Shown here one piece after another: positions 51,111-60,816 of a stretch of DNA of 64,000 nt. Origin of the DNA: a virus. Its lineage: Duplodnaviria > Heunggongvirae > Uroviricota > Caudoviricetes. Where the stretch lies: the IMG/VR virus record IMGVR_UViG_3300033146_000394, positions 1-64,000 of that record; one strand, written 5' to 3'. Position 1 is the stretch's first letter. Each line of letters begins with the position of its first letter. Made by a program: the position numbers and the translations under genes. Below the pieces are notes generated by a model that had not been told where the DNA came from, searched no databases, and saw only the letters and a program-made list of their open reading frames with translations.

Positions 51111-54100
51111 TACTTTTTTTCAGCTCTTTATATAATACAGTTAAATCTTGTAACCAAATTGTTTTTATCTTTCTTTTTTCTAATTCTTCATATTCGTGTT
51201 TTTTGTTTACATATGATGTTTTCATATCATTTAATTTTTCTGTGGTTAATGATATTAAACTCATATTTAATAAATAATTATAAGATTCTTCTATTTTTTC
51301 TATTTTCAATACTTGTAATTGTTCTTCTATTTTTTCTCGCTTGATGTTTTGTATTTTTAAATTGTTTTTTAATATTTCATTAATAAATTTCATTTTATTT
51401 ATTAATATGAATCTTTCATGCTCTAATTTATTTAATTGATAATCCTTCCTTAATTGATAGTATTCTAATCTTTTATCATAATAATCATCAATTATATTAT
51501 CCACACTATCATACATTTTTATTTTATTTTCTGAATCAAATAATCTCATATTATTTAATGAAAAATGGGTTTCTAATTTAAATGTTGATATTAAATTGTT
51601 TTCAATTTTTTTCATATCTTCTCGTGTAACATTTATTATAATATCAACTTTTTCATCTGTATCATTTTTTGTATATGTTTTTATAACTTTATCATCTTCT
51701 AATTTATCTAAAACATCATAGTATTTATTATTCCATAAACCTATTGGTAATTCTTTTATATTTAATTGTGTTGATGATTTTTTAATAATTACACCTTGGG
51801 TAGTGTATCTATTCTTATCTTCATCATATATTATATCACCAACAAACCCACGAAAATATGGTATTAGTTCTGGTGTTTTTTTATTTTTTATTTTTAAAAC
51901 TAAATATTTAATTATATCTAATGGGTTATAATTTAATATTGATGTTGACCAACCAGTACCTATACCATCTGCACCATTAATTAAAACCATTGGGATTATT
52001 GGTACATAATATTCTGGCTCAATTGGAAACCCATCATCATTTAAATAATTTAAAATATCATTATCCTCAACCATAAATATTTTTTTTGATAAATTTGATA
52101 GCATAGTAAAAATATATCTTGAACTAGCAGCATCTTTTCCACCTTTTAATCTTGTACCAAATGCACCTTTAGGTTCAAGTAAATTAATATTATTTGTTCC
52201 TATAAAATCTTGTGCAATATTAATAATTGCTCCCTCTAATGACATCGGACCGTGGTGATATGCTGTTTCTTCTGTGACAGCACCAGCAAATTGACTAACT
52301 TTAACTTTGTTTTTATATTTCTTTTTAAATAATGTATATAAAACTTTCCTTTGACTTGGTTTAAACCCATCAATAACTGAAGGTATAGAACGTTTATTAT
52401 CTGCCATTGAAAATTCTATAAACTCTTTATTAAAAAAACTATCATATGTAGTATCATCAACAAACTTATCAATTGATAATGTTGGTTTATAGTTAGTTAA
52501 CCATTCTTTTCTATCATTAGATCTTTTTTCATTAAAAATTAAATCAATTATATCGTGTGGGTTTTCATTATATTTAAATGGGATTAAATATTTATTTATA
52601 GTTTTAAAAAACTCTTTTATTTCAGATGCTTCAATTGTACCCAAACCTTTATAATATGTAACAAACCAACCACTTTGTTTTGTTGATTTCCATTTTTTAT
52701 AGTCTTTTAATTTATAAAAAAATTTATATTTCTTCCCTTTTTCTATTTTAACAATAGGTGTAACAAAATCATAAAGAAAATTTAATTTTAATAGTTCTGG
52801 CCAAAAAAACTCAAATATATTTATTAATAACCCTTTTATATGTGAACCATCATCATCTGCATCACCCGCAAAAACAACTTTACCATACCTTAATTTAGAT
52901 AAATCATCATATTTTTCTCCAAATTCTAACCCAAGAGCTAAAATAATATTTTTTATTTCAGAATTTTCTAATATTTTTTTCATTGTAGATTTTCTAACAT
53001 TTAGTGGTTTACCTTTTAATGGGAAAACTCCATAATAATCTCTACCAGTAGTAGAAAACCCAGTAATAATTGTAGAACTTGCAGAATCACCCTCTGCTAA
53101 AAATAACACACAATCTTTTGATTTTGTTGTTCCGGCTTTATTTGCATCATCTAACTTTCTTATTCTAATTTTACTTTTTTTACCTTTATTTAATTTTTTT
53201 AATTCTGCACGTTCTTTTATCTGAATATAATTCATTATATCTTCAATAATATCCGATTTCATTATATCTTTAATCAATCTTTGACTAACTTGAATATCAC
53301 CAATGTGTTTATTTGTTAATCTTGTTTTTAATGTTTCCTTAGATTGTGTATCAAAATCTGGATTAATCACTTTACTATTTAATAATATAAATAATTTTGA
53401 TTTTATATCATTTTCTTTTATTGTTATTTTTTTGTGTTTTTTTTCTAATTGGGTTTTTAATTCTTTAATTATTTGGTTTGTAATAAAATTAACGTGAGTA
53501 CCACCTTGATATGTTGTTATACCATTAACTAAACTAACTTGTTGAAATTCATCAATATTTGTTGATGATACACCAACTTCCCACCCACTATTTAATTTTT
53601 CATAAAAAAATTCATTATTTTTCGTGTGTAATTTACTGAAATCTTCAAATGTTTTTATTGGAATTATTTCATTATTAAAATATACTTTTATTTTTGTATA
53701 TACAGCAACATCAATAATTCTTTTTAATAATATCTGTTTATCTTGCTCTGTTATTTCTGTCATACCAAATCTTTCAAAATCTGGATAAAATGATATTTTT
53801 GTGTATATTTTTTTCGATTTTTTGATTTTTGGTTTATGTATATTTTCTAAATTATTTGTAAACTTTTGATAATATTCATTTTTTCCATCACAAGTTTCTA
53901 TTATAAATTCTTTACTGTAAATATTACATAATTTAGCACCCAACCCATTTTTACCACCAACTAACCTATCTTCATTATCATCATAATTTGTACCAGTTAA
54001 TAAATGCCCAAATATTAATTCTGGTACATATACATTATGTTCTTTATGTATTTGGACTGGTATTCCTGGACCATCATTTTCTATTGAAATGTGATCACTT

Positions 54101-54372
54101 TCTATATTAACTTTAATATACTTAACTTTATTAGTTCTAATATATTGATCGGATGCATTAACTAATATTTCATCAAATATTTTTAAAAAGCCTGGATTAA
54201 ATTTAACTATCTTAGGACTTATTGTAATGTTTTTTAAATCGTGTATATTATCAACTATAAAAATTTCTTTCAATTCAGATGCAGTTGACCCAATATATGT
54301 ATCTGGTCTTTGTAATACATGTTTTCTGTGTGATAATTTTTTATATTGATCTTCTATTGTTTTTTTCGCCAA
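51103..54372 (-). CDS. DNA topoisomerase II (fused ATPase + TOPRIM + cleavage core), eukaryote/NCLDV-like
   Basis: YVPELIFGHLLTGTNYDDNEDRLVGGKNGLGAKLCNIYS resembles human TOP2 YVPALIFGQLLTSSNYDDDEKKVTGGRNGYGAKLCNIFS. Also LAEGDSA, PLKGKPLNVRKS, RKEWLTNY, KRSIPSVIDGFKPSQRKVLY, and YIFTMLS...PIIPMVLINGADGIGTGWS, nearly identical to eukaryotic TOP2. The start is probably the TTG at 54372. Confidence 0.9.
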   Translation of the reverse strand: MAKKTIEDQYKKLSHRKHVLQRPDTYIGSTASELKEIFIVDNIHDLKNITISPKIVKFNPGFLKIFDEILVNASDQYIRTNKVKYIKVNIESDHISIENDGPGIPVQIHKEHNVYVPELIFGHLLTGTNYDDNEDRLVGGKNGLGAKLCNIYSKEFIIETCDGKNEYYQKFTNNLENIHKPKIKKSKKIYTKISFYPDFERFGMTEITEQDKQILLKRIIDVAVYTKIKVYFNNEIIPIKTFEDFSKLHTKNNEFFYEKLNSGWEVGVSSTNIDEFQQVSLVNGITTYQGGTHVNFITNQIIKELKTQLEKKHKKITIKENDIKSKLFILLNSKVINPDFDTQSKETLKTRLTNKHIGDIQVSQRLIKDIMKSDIIEDIMNYIQIKERAELKKLNKGKKSKIRIRKLDDANKAGTTKSKDCVLFLAEGDSASSTIITGFSTTGRDYYGVFPLKGKPLNVRKSTMKKILENSEIKNIILALGLEFGEKYDDLSKLRYGKVVFAGDADDDGSHIKGLLINIFEFFWPELLKLNFLYDFVTPIVKIEKGKKYKFFYKLKDYKKWKSTKQSGWFVTYYKGLGTIEASEIKEFFKTINKYLIPFKYNENPHDIIDLIFNEKRSNDRKEWLTNYKPTLSIDKFVDDTTYDSFFNKEFIEFSMADNKRSIPSVIDGFKPSQRKVLYTLFKKKYKNKVKVSQFAGAVTEETAYHHGPMSLEGAIINIAQDFIGTNNINLLEPKGAFGTRLKGGKDAASSRYIFTMLSNLSKKIFMVEDNDILNYLNDDGFPIEPEYYVPIIPMVLINGADGIGTGWSTSILNYNPLDIIKYLVLKIKNKKTPELIPYFRGFVGDIIYDEDKNRYTTQGVIIKKSSTQLNIKELPIGLWNNKYYDVLDKLEDDKVIKTYTKNDTDEKVDIIINVTREDMKKIENNLISTFKLETHFSLNNMRLFDSENKIKMYDSVDNIIDDYYDKRLEYYQLRKDYQLNKLEHERFILINKMKFINEILKNNLKIQNIKREKIEEQLQVLKIEKIEESYNYLLNMSLISLTTEKLNDMKTSYVNKKHEYEELEKRKIKTIWLQDLTVLYKELKKSNV

Positions 54373-54482
54373 AATTCTTATTTCTTTTTTTAAATTATAT
54401 ATAGTTATAAATAAAAGTTCATTTTTATGATAGTTTTTTGAGTTTTTTTATTTTATATATAATAAAAAATAATATAATTATT

Positions 54483-54812
54483 ATGAAATTAAAAAGATTT
54501 AATGATTTTTTAGTTAATGAGTCTAAGAAATCAACAAAAGAAGAAACAGAAAAAAAAGTGGATGATAAAGAAAAAAACCCACACAAATTTGGAACAAAAG
54601 AATTTTTCAAATGGCAAAAAGACAATAAAAAATCTGACGATAAGAAAGACGATAAGAAAGATGATAAAAAATCTGACGATAAGAAAGACGATAAGAAAGA
54701 TGATAAAAAATCTGACGATAATTGTGATGATAAAAAATCTGACGATAAGAAGCCAGGAAAAGTTTTAAAATTTGGTTCTCCAGAATGGAGAAAGAAATAT
54801 GTTAAAAAATAA
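54483..54812 (+). CDS. K/D-rich charged-repeat protein
   Basis: DDKKDDKKDDKKSDDKK repeats encoded by a 39-bp tandem DNA repeat; probable start MKLKRFNDF at 54483. Confidence 0.4.
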   Translation: MKLKRFNDFLVNESKKSTKEETEKKVDDKEKNPHKFGTKEFFKWQKDNKKSDDKKDDKKDDKKSDDKKDDKKDDKKSDDNCDDKKSDDKKPGKVLKFGSPEWRKKYVKK

Positions 54813-54830
54813 TATTTAATTAAAATAATT

Positions 54831-54875
54831 AAAAAAGCATCTGATTTTTATATATTAAAATCAGATGCTTTTTTC
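54831..54875. terminator. bidirectional hairpin GCATCTGATTT/AAATCAGATGC with A-run and T-run
   Basis: Seen directly. The right arm is built from the DFNI-encoding 3' end of the minus-strand gene 54848..55324. Confidence 0.55.
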
Positions 54876-55324
54876 ATAACCAAGAAAAAATCAAATTCAT
54901 TTGGATATTTATTGATAACTTTTTCTTTATCTTTTTTATTAGAAAGATTTTCAAAAATTGAATGATAATTATCAGTAAACCCAAACCAATTTATTTTGTT
55001 ATTTAATAATACCTCAAATATATCATTATTTGTATTCATATTTGTATTATTTATATCATAATGTAACCACATATCATTTGCTGTTATATTTTCAAAAATA
55101 TAATCTATGTTCTTTTTTAATATATCAGCAGAAAATTTATTGAAGTTAGTAATATCATATGGATCATCATCAATATGGTATTTATAATCTGAATTAGATA
55201 ACCAATTCAAATATAATATAATAATATCCCTCGGTGGTTTATTATTTGTATTTAAAACCATTAAAGAATTTTCAAAATAAAAAAAACCAACATTTTTATT
55301 AAAATTAATATATTTAGTTATCAT
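54848..55324 (-). CDS. hypothetical protein ending in DFNI
   Basis: 158 aa; C-terminal DFNI-stop. Confidence 0.45.
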   Translation of the reverse strand: MITKYINFNKNVGFFYFENSLMVLNTNNKPPRDIIILYLNWLSNSDYKYHIDDDPYDITNFNKFSADILKKNIDYIFENITANDMWLHYDINNTNMNTNNDIFEVLLNNKINWFGFTDNYHSIFENLSNKKDKEKVINKYPNEFDFFLVMKKASDFNI

Positions 55325-55327
55325 TTT

Positions 55328-56032
55328 TTAAATTCTTTTTTCATTTTTTCCTTTTTTTTCAGCTATTTTTAATTCTTTCTTAAATAATAATTTTTGATCT
55401 CTCATTCTTAATATTTCTAATTCTTTTTCAGCTATTCTAATTTCATATCTTTTTATTTTCTGTTTAATATTTCTAATTGTTATATCAACACTTTTATCAG
55501 CAAAAGCTTTTGCTGCTTGTTTTTTCATTCTTTTTATTCTATGAATATTTTCTTTGTATTTATCATCAATTGCTTCATCTTCACTTTTTCTTTTTTTCTT
55601 TGTAAATTTTTTATCAACGATGCTATTTTTCTTTAATATTTTTTTATGTTTTTTAACAATTGAATCCTTATTACTAAGTTTTTCATATAATTCTGGGTAT
55701 TCAGATTCATCAAAATCAAATATTACTTGGTGGTCATGTTTAATTGTAATATTACTTGCACCTAAATCATTTTTTATATTATTTAAAATTTCTGATATGT
55801 TATTTGGGATTTCGCCAGCATATGAATATGTTGTATATGAACACATTATTTGATTATTATCAATATATTGTACATTATTTATTTTGTTTTCTTTATCATC
55901 AACACTTATTCCATATTTCTTAAATGTTTCAATTACATTTTCTTCTGGTATTAATTCATCTAAATCTATTTCTGGTAATGGTTTATTATTAAATAATGAT
56001 TCATTAAAACTAACAAAATTTTTTATTTTCAT
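55328..56032 (-). CDS. hypothetical K/E-rich protein
   Basis: 234 aa, highly charged C-terminal half. Confidence 0.45.
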   Translation of the reverse strand: MKIKNFVSFNESLFNNKPLPEIDLDELIPEENVIETFKKYGISVDDKENKINNVQYIDNNQIMCSYTTYSYAGEIPNNISEILNNIKNDLGASNITIKHDHQVIFDFDESEYPELYEKLSNKDSIVKKHKKILKKNSIVDKKFTKKKRKSEDEAIDDKYKENIHRIKRMKKQAAKAFADKSVDITIRNIKQKIKRYEIRIAEKELEILRMRDQKLLFKKELKIAEKKGKNEKRI

Positions 56033-56070
56033 TGCTATTTAATTCTTTTTTATTATATATAAATATTTTT

Positions 56071-56784
56071 TTACTGAATATAAATATTATCATAAAATTT
56101 ATTGATTAATTCTATCAATAATCCAAAATATCCAGAATTCCTCAGTCTTTTAAACACTAAATTCCCAATTGAAAATTCTGCATCAGCAGTTAATAAACCA
56201 CTCTTTCTTTCACCGTGTATTTTCTTTTTTAATTTATATGATAATATATAATATTTTTTTGATAATTCTGGTGATAAGTCTTTTTTAGACCAATTCAACA
56301 ATTGATTTATTGCATCTCTATATATTTTATTATTTTTATCAATTTCTTTATCATTAATATTTGGTGTATTATGTTCTGGTTTAATTATCCAATTATCATT
56401 CATTAATGAATATACACCACTTGCTGTGTGTTCTTCTGTTATATTTTGAATATAAACTTCTATATCATGTCCTTGGATAGTAATATTATGTAAATTATTC
56501 CAATTTATTCTGAAACTATTTATTCCAGCTTCAATTATATCTCTTTTACCATATATATTAGAAAAATCAATCATAATATGTATATCGAAATCTGAGTATT
56601 CATTATAATTGTAATTTGCTAATGACCCAGTTAATACTATATCTATTATTGGTGCTTCTATTTCAGTTGATGTATAAAAATCATTAGTAATCATTAATAA
56701 TTTTTCTCTTATTCTGTTATCTATTTTTCCATTATTCCAAAATTTTGGGTTTAGTGTTTTATTATAATAAATATATTTTTTCAT
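56071..56784 (-). CDS. nucleotidyltransferase-fold protein
   Basis: VLTGSLANYNYNEYSDFDIHIMI matches hG[GS]x(9-13)Dh[DE]h of pol-beta-superfamily NTases. Confidence 0.5.
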   Translation of the reverse strand: MKKYIYYNKTLNPKFWNNGKIDNRIREKLLMITNDFYTSTEIEAPIIDIVLTGSLANYNYNEYSDFDIHIMIDFSNIYGKRDIIEAGINSFRINWNNLHNITIQGHDIEVYIQNITEEHTASGVYSLMNDNWIIKPEHNTPNINDKEIDKNNKIYRDAINQLLNWSKKDLSPELSKKYYILSYKLKKKIHGERKSGLLTADAEFSIGNLVFKRLRNSGYFGLLIELINKFYDNIYIQ

Positions 56785-56801
56785 ATCCTATATATTAATT
56801 T

Positions 56802-57218
56802 TTAAATATTAAAATCTGATACTGCATTATACATATTGAATATATCATTGAGGTCATTTATCATAGAAAAATCCTTAATATCTATACATGGTATAATTTC
56901 AAAACTTTTCGCTATTGGGTTAAGTATTATTTTCATAGAATATTGACCATTAATATAAAGTATTTTCCAACCAATTGCGTACTCTGATAATAATTCAGAT
57001 TTTAAATTAATATCTAAGTCTATATATTTTGATATAATATGTAATGCATCACCTATTTCTTTTGGTAAATAATCATATTCTAAATTTAATCCTTCTGGGT
57101 ATTCTTTTCTAAAATCAACAATAATTGTTGGTGGTTTATTAAAACCATTAATAATCCTCTGTTCACGTTGTTGCTTCACAAATTGTTTATTTTCAAATAA
57201 TTTAAAATATTTTATCAT
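56802..57218 (-). CDS. hypothetical protein ending in DFNI
   Basis: 138 aa; N-terminus MIKYFKLFENK (similar to 9761..10201); C-terminal DFNI-stop. Confidence 0.45.
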   Translation of the reverse strand: MIKYFKLFENKQFVKQQREQRIINGFNKPPTIIVDFRKEYPEGLNLEYDYLPKEIGDALHIISKYIDLDINLKSELLSEYAIGWKILYINGQYSMKIILNPIAKSFEIIPCIDIKDFSMINDLNDIFNMYNAVSDFNI

Positions 57219-57221
57219 AAT

Positions 57222-58097
57222 CTAAAATCTTTTTTTAAATTGATATAATGGAAATTCATTTATACCATTCACTTTTCTTCTTTTTTCTATATCTTTTCCA
57301 CTATACGATATAATTGTTTTATAACTCCCAAGTAATTTTTTACCCTCATAAACTCTAACTGTTTTTCCTTTTTCACCCAACGCATCTACAACAGCAATAT
57401 ACTCATTTGAAATAATTGATTTTAATATTGAAATTTTGATTTTATTTATCATTTTCTTTGCTTTTGCCATCATTGGGTTATTCCATGGATTCATTAAATC
57501 AAGAACAGTATTAGTGTTTTCTAATTGGATTTTAATTGGTCCAATTGACTTTTGAGATATATTAACATTATCCTGTTTTTCTATTTTTTTTGCTTTTATT
57601 AAAGAATCTTGATTTCTTCTAATAGTATTAAAATCTGCTCTAGCAATTGTTCTTTCAGTCATAACCCTATCATTCATCTTATATCCTTTTGGTGGTAATC
57701 TATAAAAATGTCCAGTGAATATCATTGCTTTTATATTACTTGTTTTAAATAATCTCCACACTTTTTCTGTTTCTTGTTTTTGAGATACAGAAAATCCCTC
57801 TAAATGCCAACCTCTAACTAATTCATTTCCAGTGTTTTTATTAACCCCCAACACCATTGGATAAATAACCCTTTCTCTACCACCTTTCCATTTATCCTTA
57901 TCTCCGGCATATAATACTAAAACAACCATACCATATTTAATAGCTTTAATCATTTTTGATCTATTATACTTCATTCTCTTATTAACTGGAAATCCAGGAA
58001 CAATATCTTGTATTGGTTGATTACTCGATTCATTTATTCTAAAATATGGAATAAAATTTATATCATCTTTTGTATTTAATCTAAAACCCTCTTGCAT
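57222..58097 (-). CDS. hypothetical protein
   Basis: 291-aa ORF. Confidence 0.45.
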   Translation of the reverse strand: MQEGFRLNTKDDINFIPYFRINESSNQPIQDIVPGFPVNKRMKYNRSKMIKAIKYGMVVLVLYAGDKDKWKGGRERVIYPMVLGVNKNTGNELVRGWHLEGFSVSQKQETEKVWRLFKTSNIKAMIFTGHFYRLPPKGYKMNDRVMTERTIARADFNTIRRNQDSLIKAKKIEKQDNVNISQKSIGPIKIQLENTNTVLDLMNPWNNPMMAKAKKMINKIKISILKSIISNEYIAVVDALGEKGKTVRVYEGKKLLGSYKTIISYSGKDIEKRRKVNGINEFPLYQFKKRF

Positions 58098-58255
58098 TTT
58101 TATGTTTTTTTCTTTATTATTTCATATTATATATTAATTTTTATAAATCAAAAACACTAAATATATAACTATTTTAGAATTAAACAATTAAAACAAAAGA
58201 TGCCACATTATGATATACTATATTATATAATATTATATATATATATTTATTACAA

Positions 58256-58298
58256 CTAATTAATTATTTTTTTATATAATTAAAAAATAATTAATTAT
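58256..58298. promoter_or_regulatory. perfect 15-bp inverted repeat AATTAATTATTTTTT ... AAAAAATAATTAATT immediately upstream of the tk start
   Basis: Seen directly; candidate operator. Confidence 0.3.
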
Positions 58299-58300
58299 AT

Positions 58301-58867
58301 ATGGCAAGTTTATATTTTAGATATTCGACTATGAATGCTGGGAAAAGTTTAGATTTATTAAAAGTAGCACATAATTATGAAGAACGACATAAAAAAGCAT
58401 TAATATTAACATCTGCATTAGATGATAGATATGGTCAAAACAAAGTTAAAAGTCGCTTAGGTGTAGAGAAATATGCATTAGGAGTTAAAAAAGATGATAA
58501 TATATTATTAATAGATGATTATAAATTATATGATTGTGTATTAGTTGATGAAGTTCAATTTTTTACTAAATACCAAATATATCAATTATCTGATATTGTA
58601 GATTATTTTAATATCCCAGTTATTTGTTATGGATTAAGAAGTGATTTTAAGAATGAACCATTTGAAGGTAGTTTGTATTTAATGACTATTGCAGATAAAA
58701 TAGAAGAATTAAGGTCTATTTGTTGGTGTGGTGCAAAAGCTAGTATTAATTGTAGAATAAATGATAATGAAATAGTTTATGATGGAAACCAAGTAAAAAT
58801 TGGGGGGAATGAGTCATATATTACATTATGTCGTAAACATTATAAAGAGGGTAAAATGAATAAATAA
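58301..58867 (+). CDS. tk: thymidine kinase (TK1 family)
   Basis: P-loop YSTMNAGKS, LVDEVQFF, and C-terminal Zn ribbon C..C...C..H typical of type II thymidine kinases. Confidence 0.8.
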   Translation: MASLYFRYSTMNAGKSLDLLKVAHNYEERHKKALILTSALDDRYGQNKVKSRLGVEKYALGVKKDDNILLIDDYKLYDCVLVDEVQFFTKYQIYQLSDIVDYFNIPVICYGLRSDFKNEPFEGSLYLMTIADKIEELRSICWCGAKASINCRINDNEIVYDGNQVKIGGNESYITLCRKHYKEGKMNK

Positions 58868-58885
58868 TTATTTATATATAATCAC

Positions 58886-59902
58886 ATGAAATATTTAATA
58901 ACAAAATTTAAAAATTATTATAATCATATTAATGAAAGTTATAATGTAGAAAATATAAATTATGATGAATCTATTATAGATTCATTTTATAAAGATAATT
59001 TTGATTTTTTTAAAGAACATGGTTTAAGTAGTGTTATTGATAATTTTAAATGGGGTTATATATATCAAAGTGTTGATGAATTATCATTAACAAATGATTG
59101 GAAAAAGGATTATATTGAAAATAGAGATAATGATGATTTAATTGATTATATACAAGAATATTATAATGAATATTATAATGAATATAAATCAAAATACATT
59201 GAAAATATAAATAAATTATTTATTGAAAGTTTTAGTGGGGGGCAAGATGATGAATTTGATGAAAAATTTGATTTTGATAAAACATATAAAGATTATAATT
59301 ATTTTGATAAAGTTGAAAAAATATTTAATTATGATGAAAGTTATTTAATTGATATTGTTGAGAAATCCCATTTTTATTCTTGGGTTTGGGATAAAAGATA
59401 TGATAGCGTGTTCGATTATATTAATGAAATATATATGGATCCAGATAATATAGAAGATAAAAGCTCAGATAATTATACCGAAGCAGTTTCTACATATTTC
59501 ACTGTAATTGAAAATTATATTGATGAAAAATATTTAAATAAAATATGGATTTCTAATATTAGTGCAGAAGTGGAAAAAATATATTATTTCGATAATAATA
59601 AATGGTCAGATGATTTTATTGATAATTTAATTGATTATGATTTAAATAATATTATATATATATTTAATGATATATCAAATATCACGTATTTTAATACATA
59701 TGAGCACCAAAAAGATTTAATAATAAGTATGTTTAGATATGAATCAGATATTAATATTACTGAATCAGATAATTATGATAAAGATTATTATTTACCAGAT
59801 ATATTATTTAACATAAATGAAAAATATAATTTAGTTGACGAAATTAAAAAAGAGTATAATACTTATATTATAAAAATCACAACAAACGAATTTAATATTT
59901 AA
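58886..59902 (+). CDS. acidic hypothetical protein ending in EFNI
   Basis: 338 aa, D/E/Y-rich; 3' end GAATTTAATATTTAA. Confidence 0.45.
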   Translation: MKYLITKFKNYYNHINESYNVENINYDESIIDSFYKDNFDFFKEHGLSSVIDNFKWGYIYQSVDELSLTNDWKKDYIENRDNDDLIDYIQEYYNEYYNEYKSKYIENINKLFIESFSGGQDDEFDEKFDFDKTYKDYNYFDKVEKIFNYDESYLIDIVEKSHFYSWVWDKRYDSVFDYINEIYMDPDNIEDKSSDNYTEAVSTYFTVIENYIDEKYLNKIWISNISAEVEKIYYFDNNKWSDDFIDNLIDYDLNNIIYIFNDISNITYFNTYEHQKDLIISMFRYESDINITESDNYDKDYYLPDILFNINEKYNLVDEIKKEYNTYIIKITTNEFNI

Positions 59903-59946
59903 ATATTATAGGTATTTAGCTTATTTGTTATCTATATATAACAAAT

Positions 59947-60816
59947 ATGAAATATCTAAATAAAATAATAAATGGTGATGGATTAGAAAATATTAAAAAA
60001 ATACCAAATGATTCGATAAATTTAATTTGTGTTGATCCACCATATAATATAAAAAAGGATAATTGGGATAATATTGATAATTACTTTAAATGGTTAAAAG
60101 ATTATTTTATTGAATTTGAACGAATATTAAAAGATAATGGGTCATTTTTTATATTTCATAATGATTTTAAAACTATTGCAAAAATAGACATTATAATAGA
60201 AGATAATACATTATTTAAACAAAAGAATTTTATTGTTTGGAATAAGAGATTTGATAATTCTAATAAAAAAGGATATTTAGATGGCTTTATACACTCTGGT
60301 AAAAGTAATCACTCATTTCAAAAAATGGCAGAATATGTATTATTTTATCAATTTGATTTATATCATAAATTAAAAGAGAAGAGATTAAAATATGGATTCA
60401 ACCAAGAAAAAATAGCAAAAGAAATATTAAGTAAAAATGGTAATCGTTCTGGATGGTATGCAAATATAGAATCTGGAAAAAGTTTTCCCAATAACACAAC
60501 GATTATTCCAATAAAAAAATATTTGAATTTAACAATTGATGATTTAGTTCCAGTGTTTAATAATCAAAAAATACATCATAGTGTTTGGAATTATGATATA
60601 GATTATAAAAAAATTGGACATATTACACCAAAACCATTAAATTTAATAAAAAATATAATTTTACATACAACAAATGAAAATGATGTTGTGTTAGATTGTT
60701 TTGGTGGTTCTGGGACATTAGCAGTAGCTTGTAAAGAATTGAATAGGAATTTTGTTTTAATAGAAAAAGAAAAAAAATATTGTGATATAGCAAAAGAAAG
60801 ATTAAATAGTAAATAA
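59947..60816 (+). CDS. DNA amino-methyltransferase (beta class, N6-adenine or N4-cytosine)
   Basis: Motif IV CVDPPYN near the N-terminus and motif I LDCFGGSGT near the C-terminus (beta order). Confidence 0.7.
   Translation: MKYLNKIINGDGLENIKKIPNDSINLICVDPPYNIKKDNWDNIDNYFKWLKDYFIEFERILKDNGSFFIFHNDFKTIAKIDIIIEDNTLFKQKNFIVWNKRFDNSNKKGYLDGFIHSGKSNHSFQKMAEYVLFYQFDLYHKLKEKRLKYGFNQEKIAKEILSKNGNRSGWYANIESGKSFPNNTTIIPIKKYLNLTIDDLVPVFNNQKIHHSVWNYDIDYKKIGHITPKPLNLIKNIILHTTNENDVVLDCFGGSGTLAVACKELNRNFVLIEKEKKYCDIAKERLNSK

Noticed and set aside
54600-54760. Regular 39-bp tandem repeats (also the (TGTTTG)n run at 31140-31340 and the (AGACCC)n run at 21511-21600) that could be mistaken for a CRISPR array
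   Set aside because: All lie inside ORFs and encode low-complexity peptide repeats (DDKK, TQ, GS). There are no unique spacers and no cas genes
56071-57218. MNT-HEPN toxin-antitoxin pair (NTase 56071..56784 + adjacent small protein 56802..57218)
   Set aside because: The adjacent protein has no Rx4-6H HEPN motif, and the NTase is much larger (237 aa) than minimal MNT antitoxins
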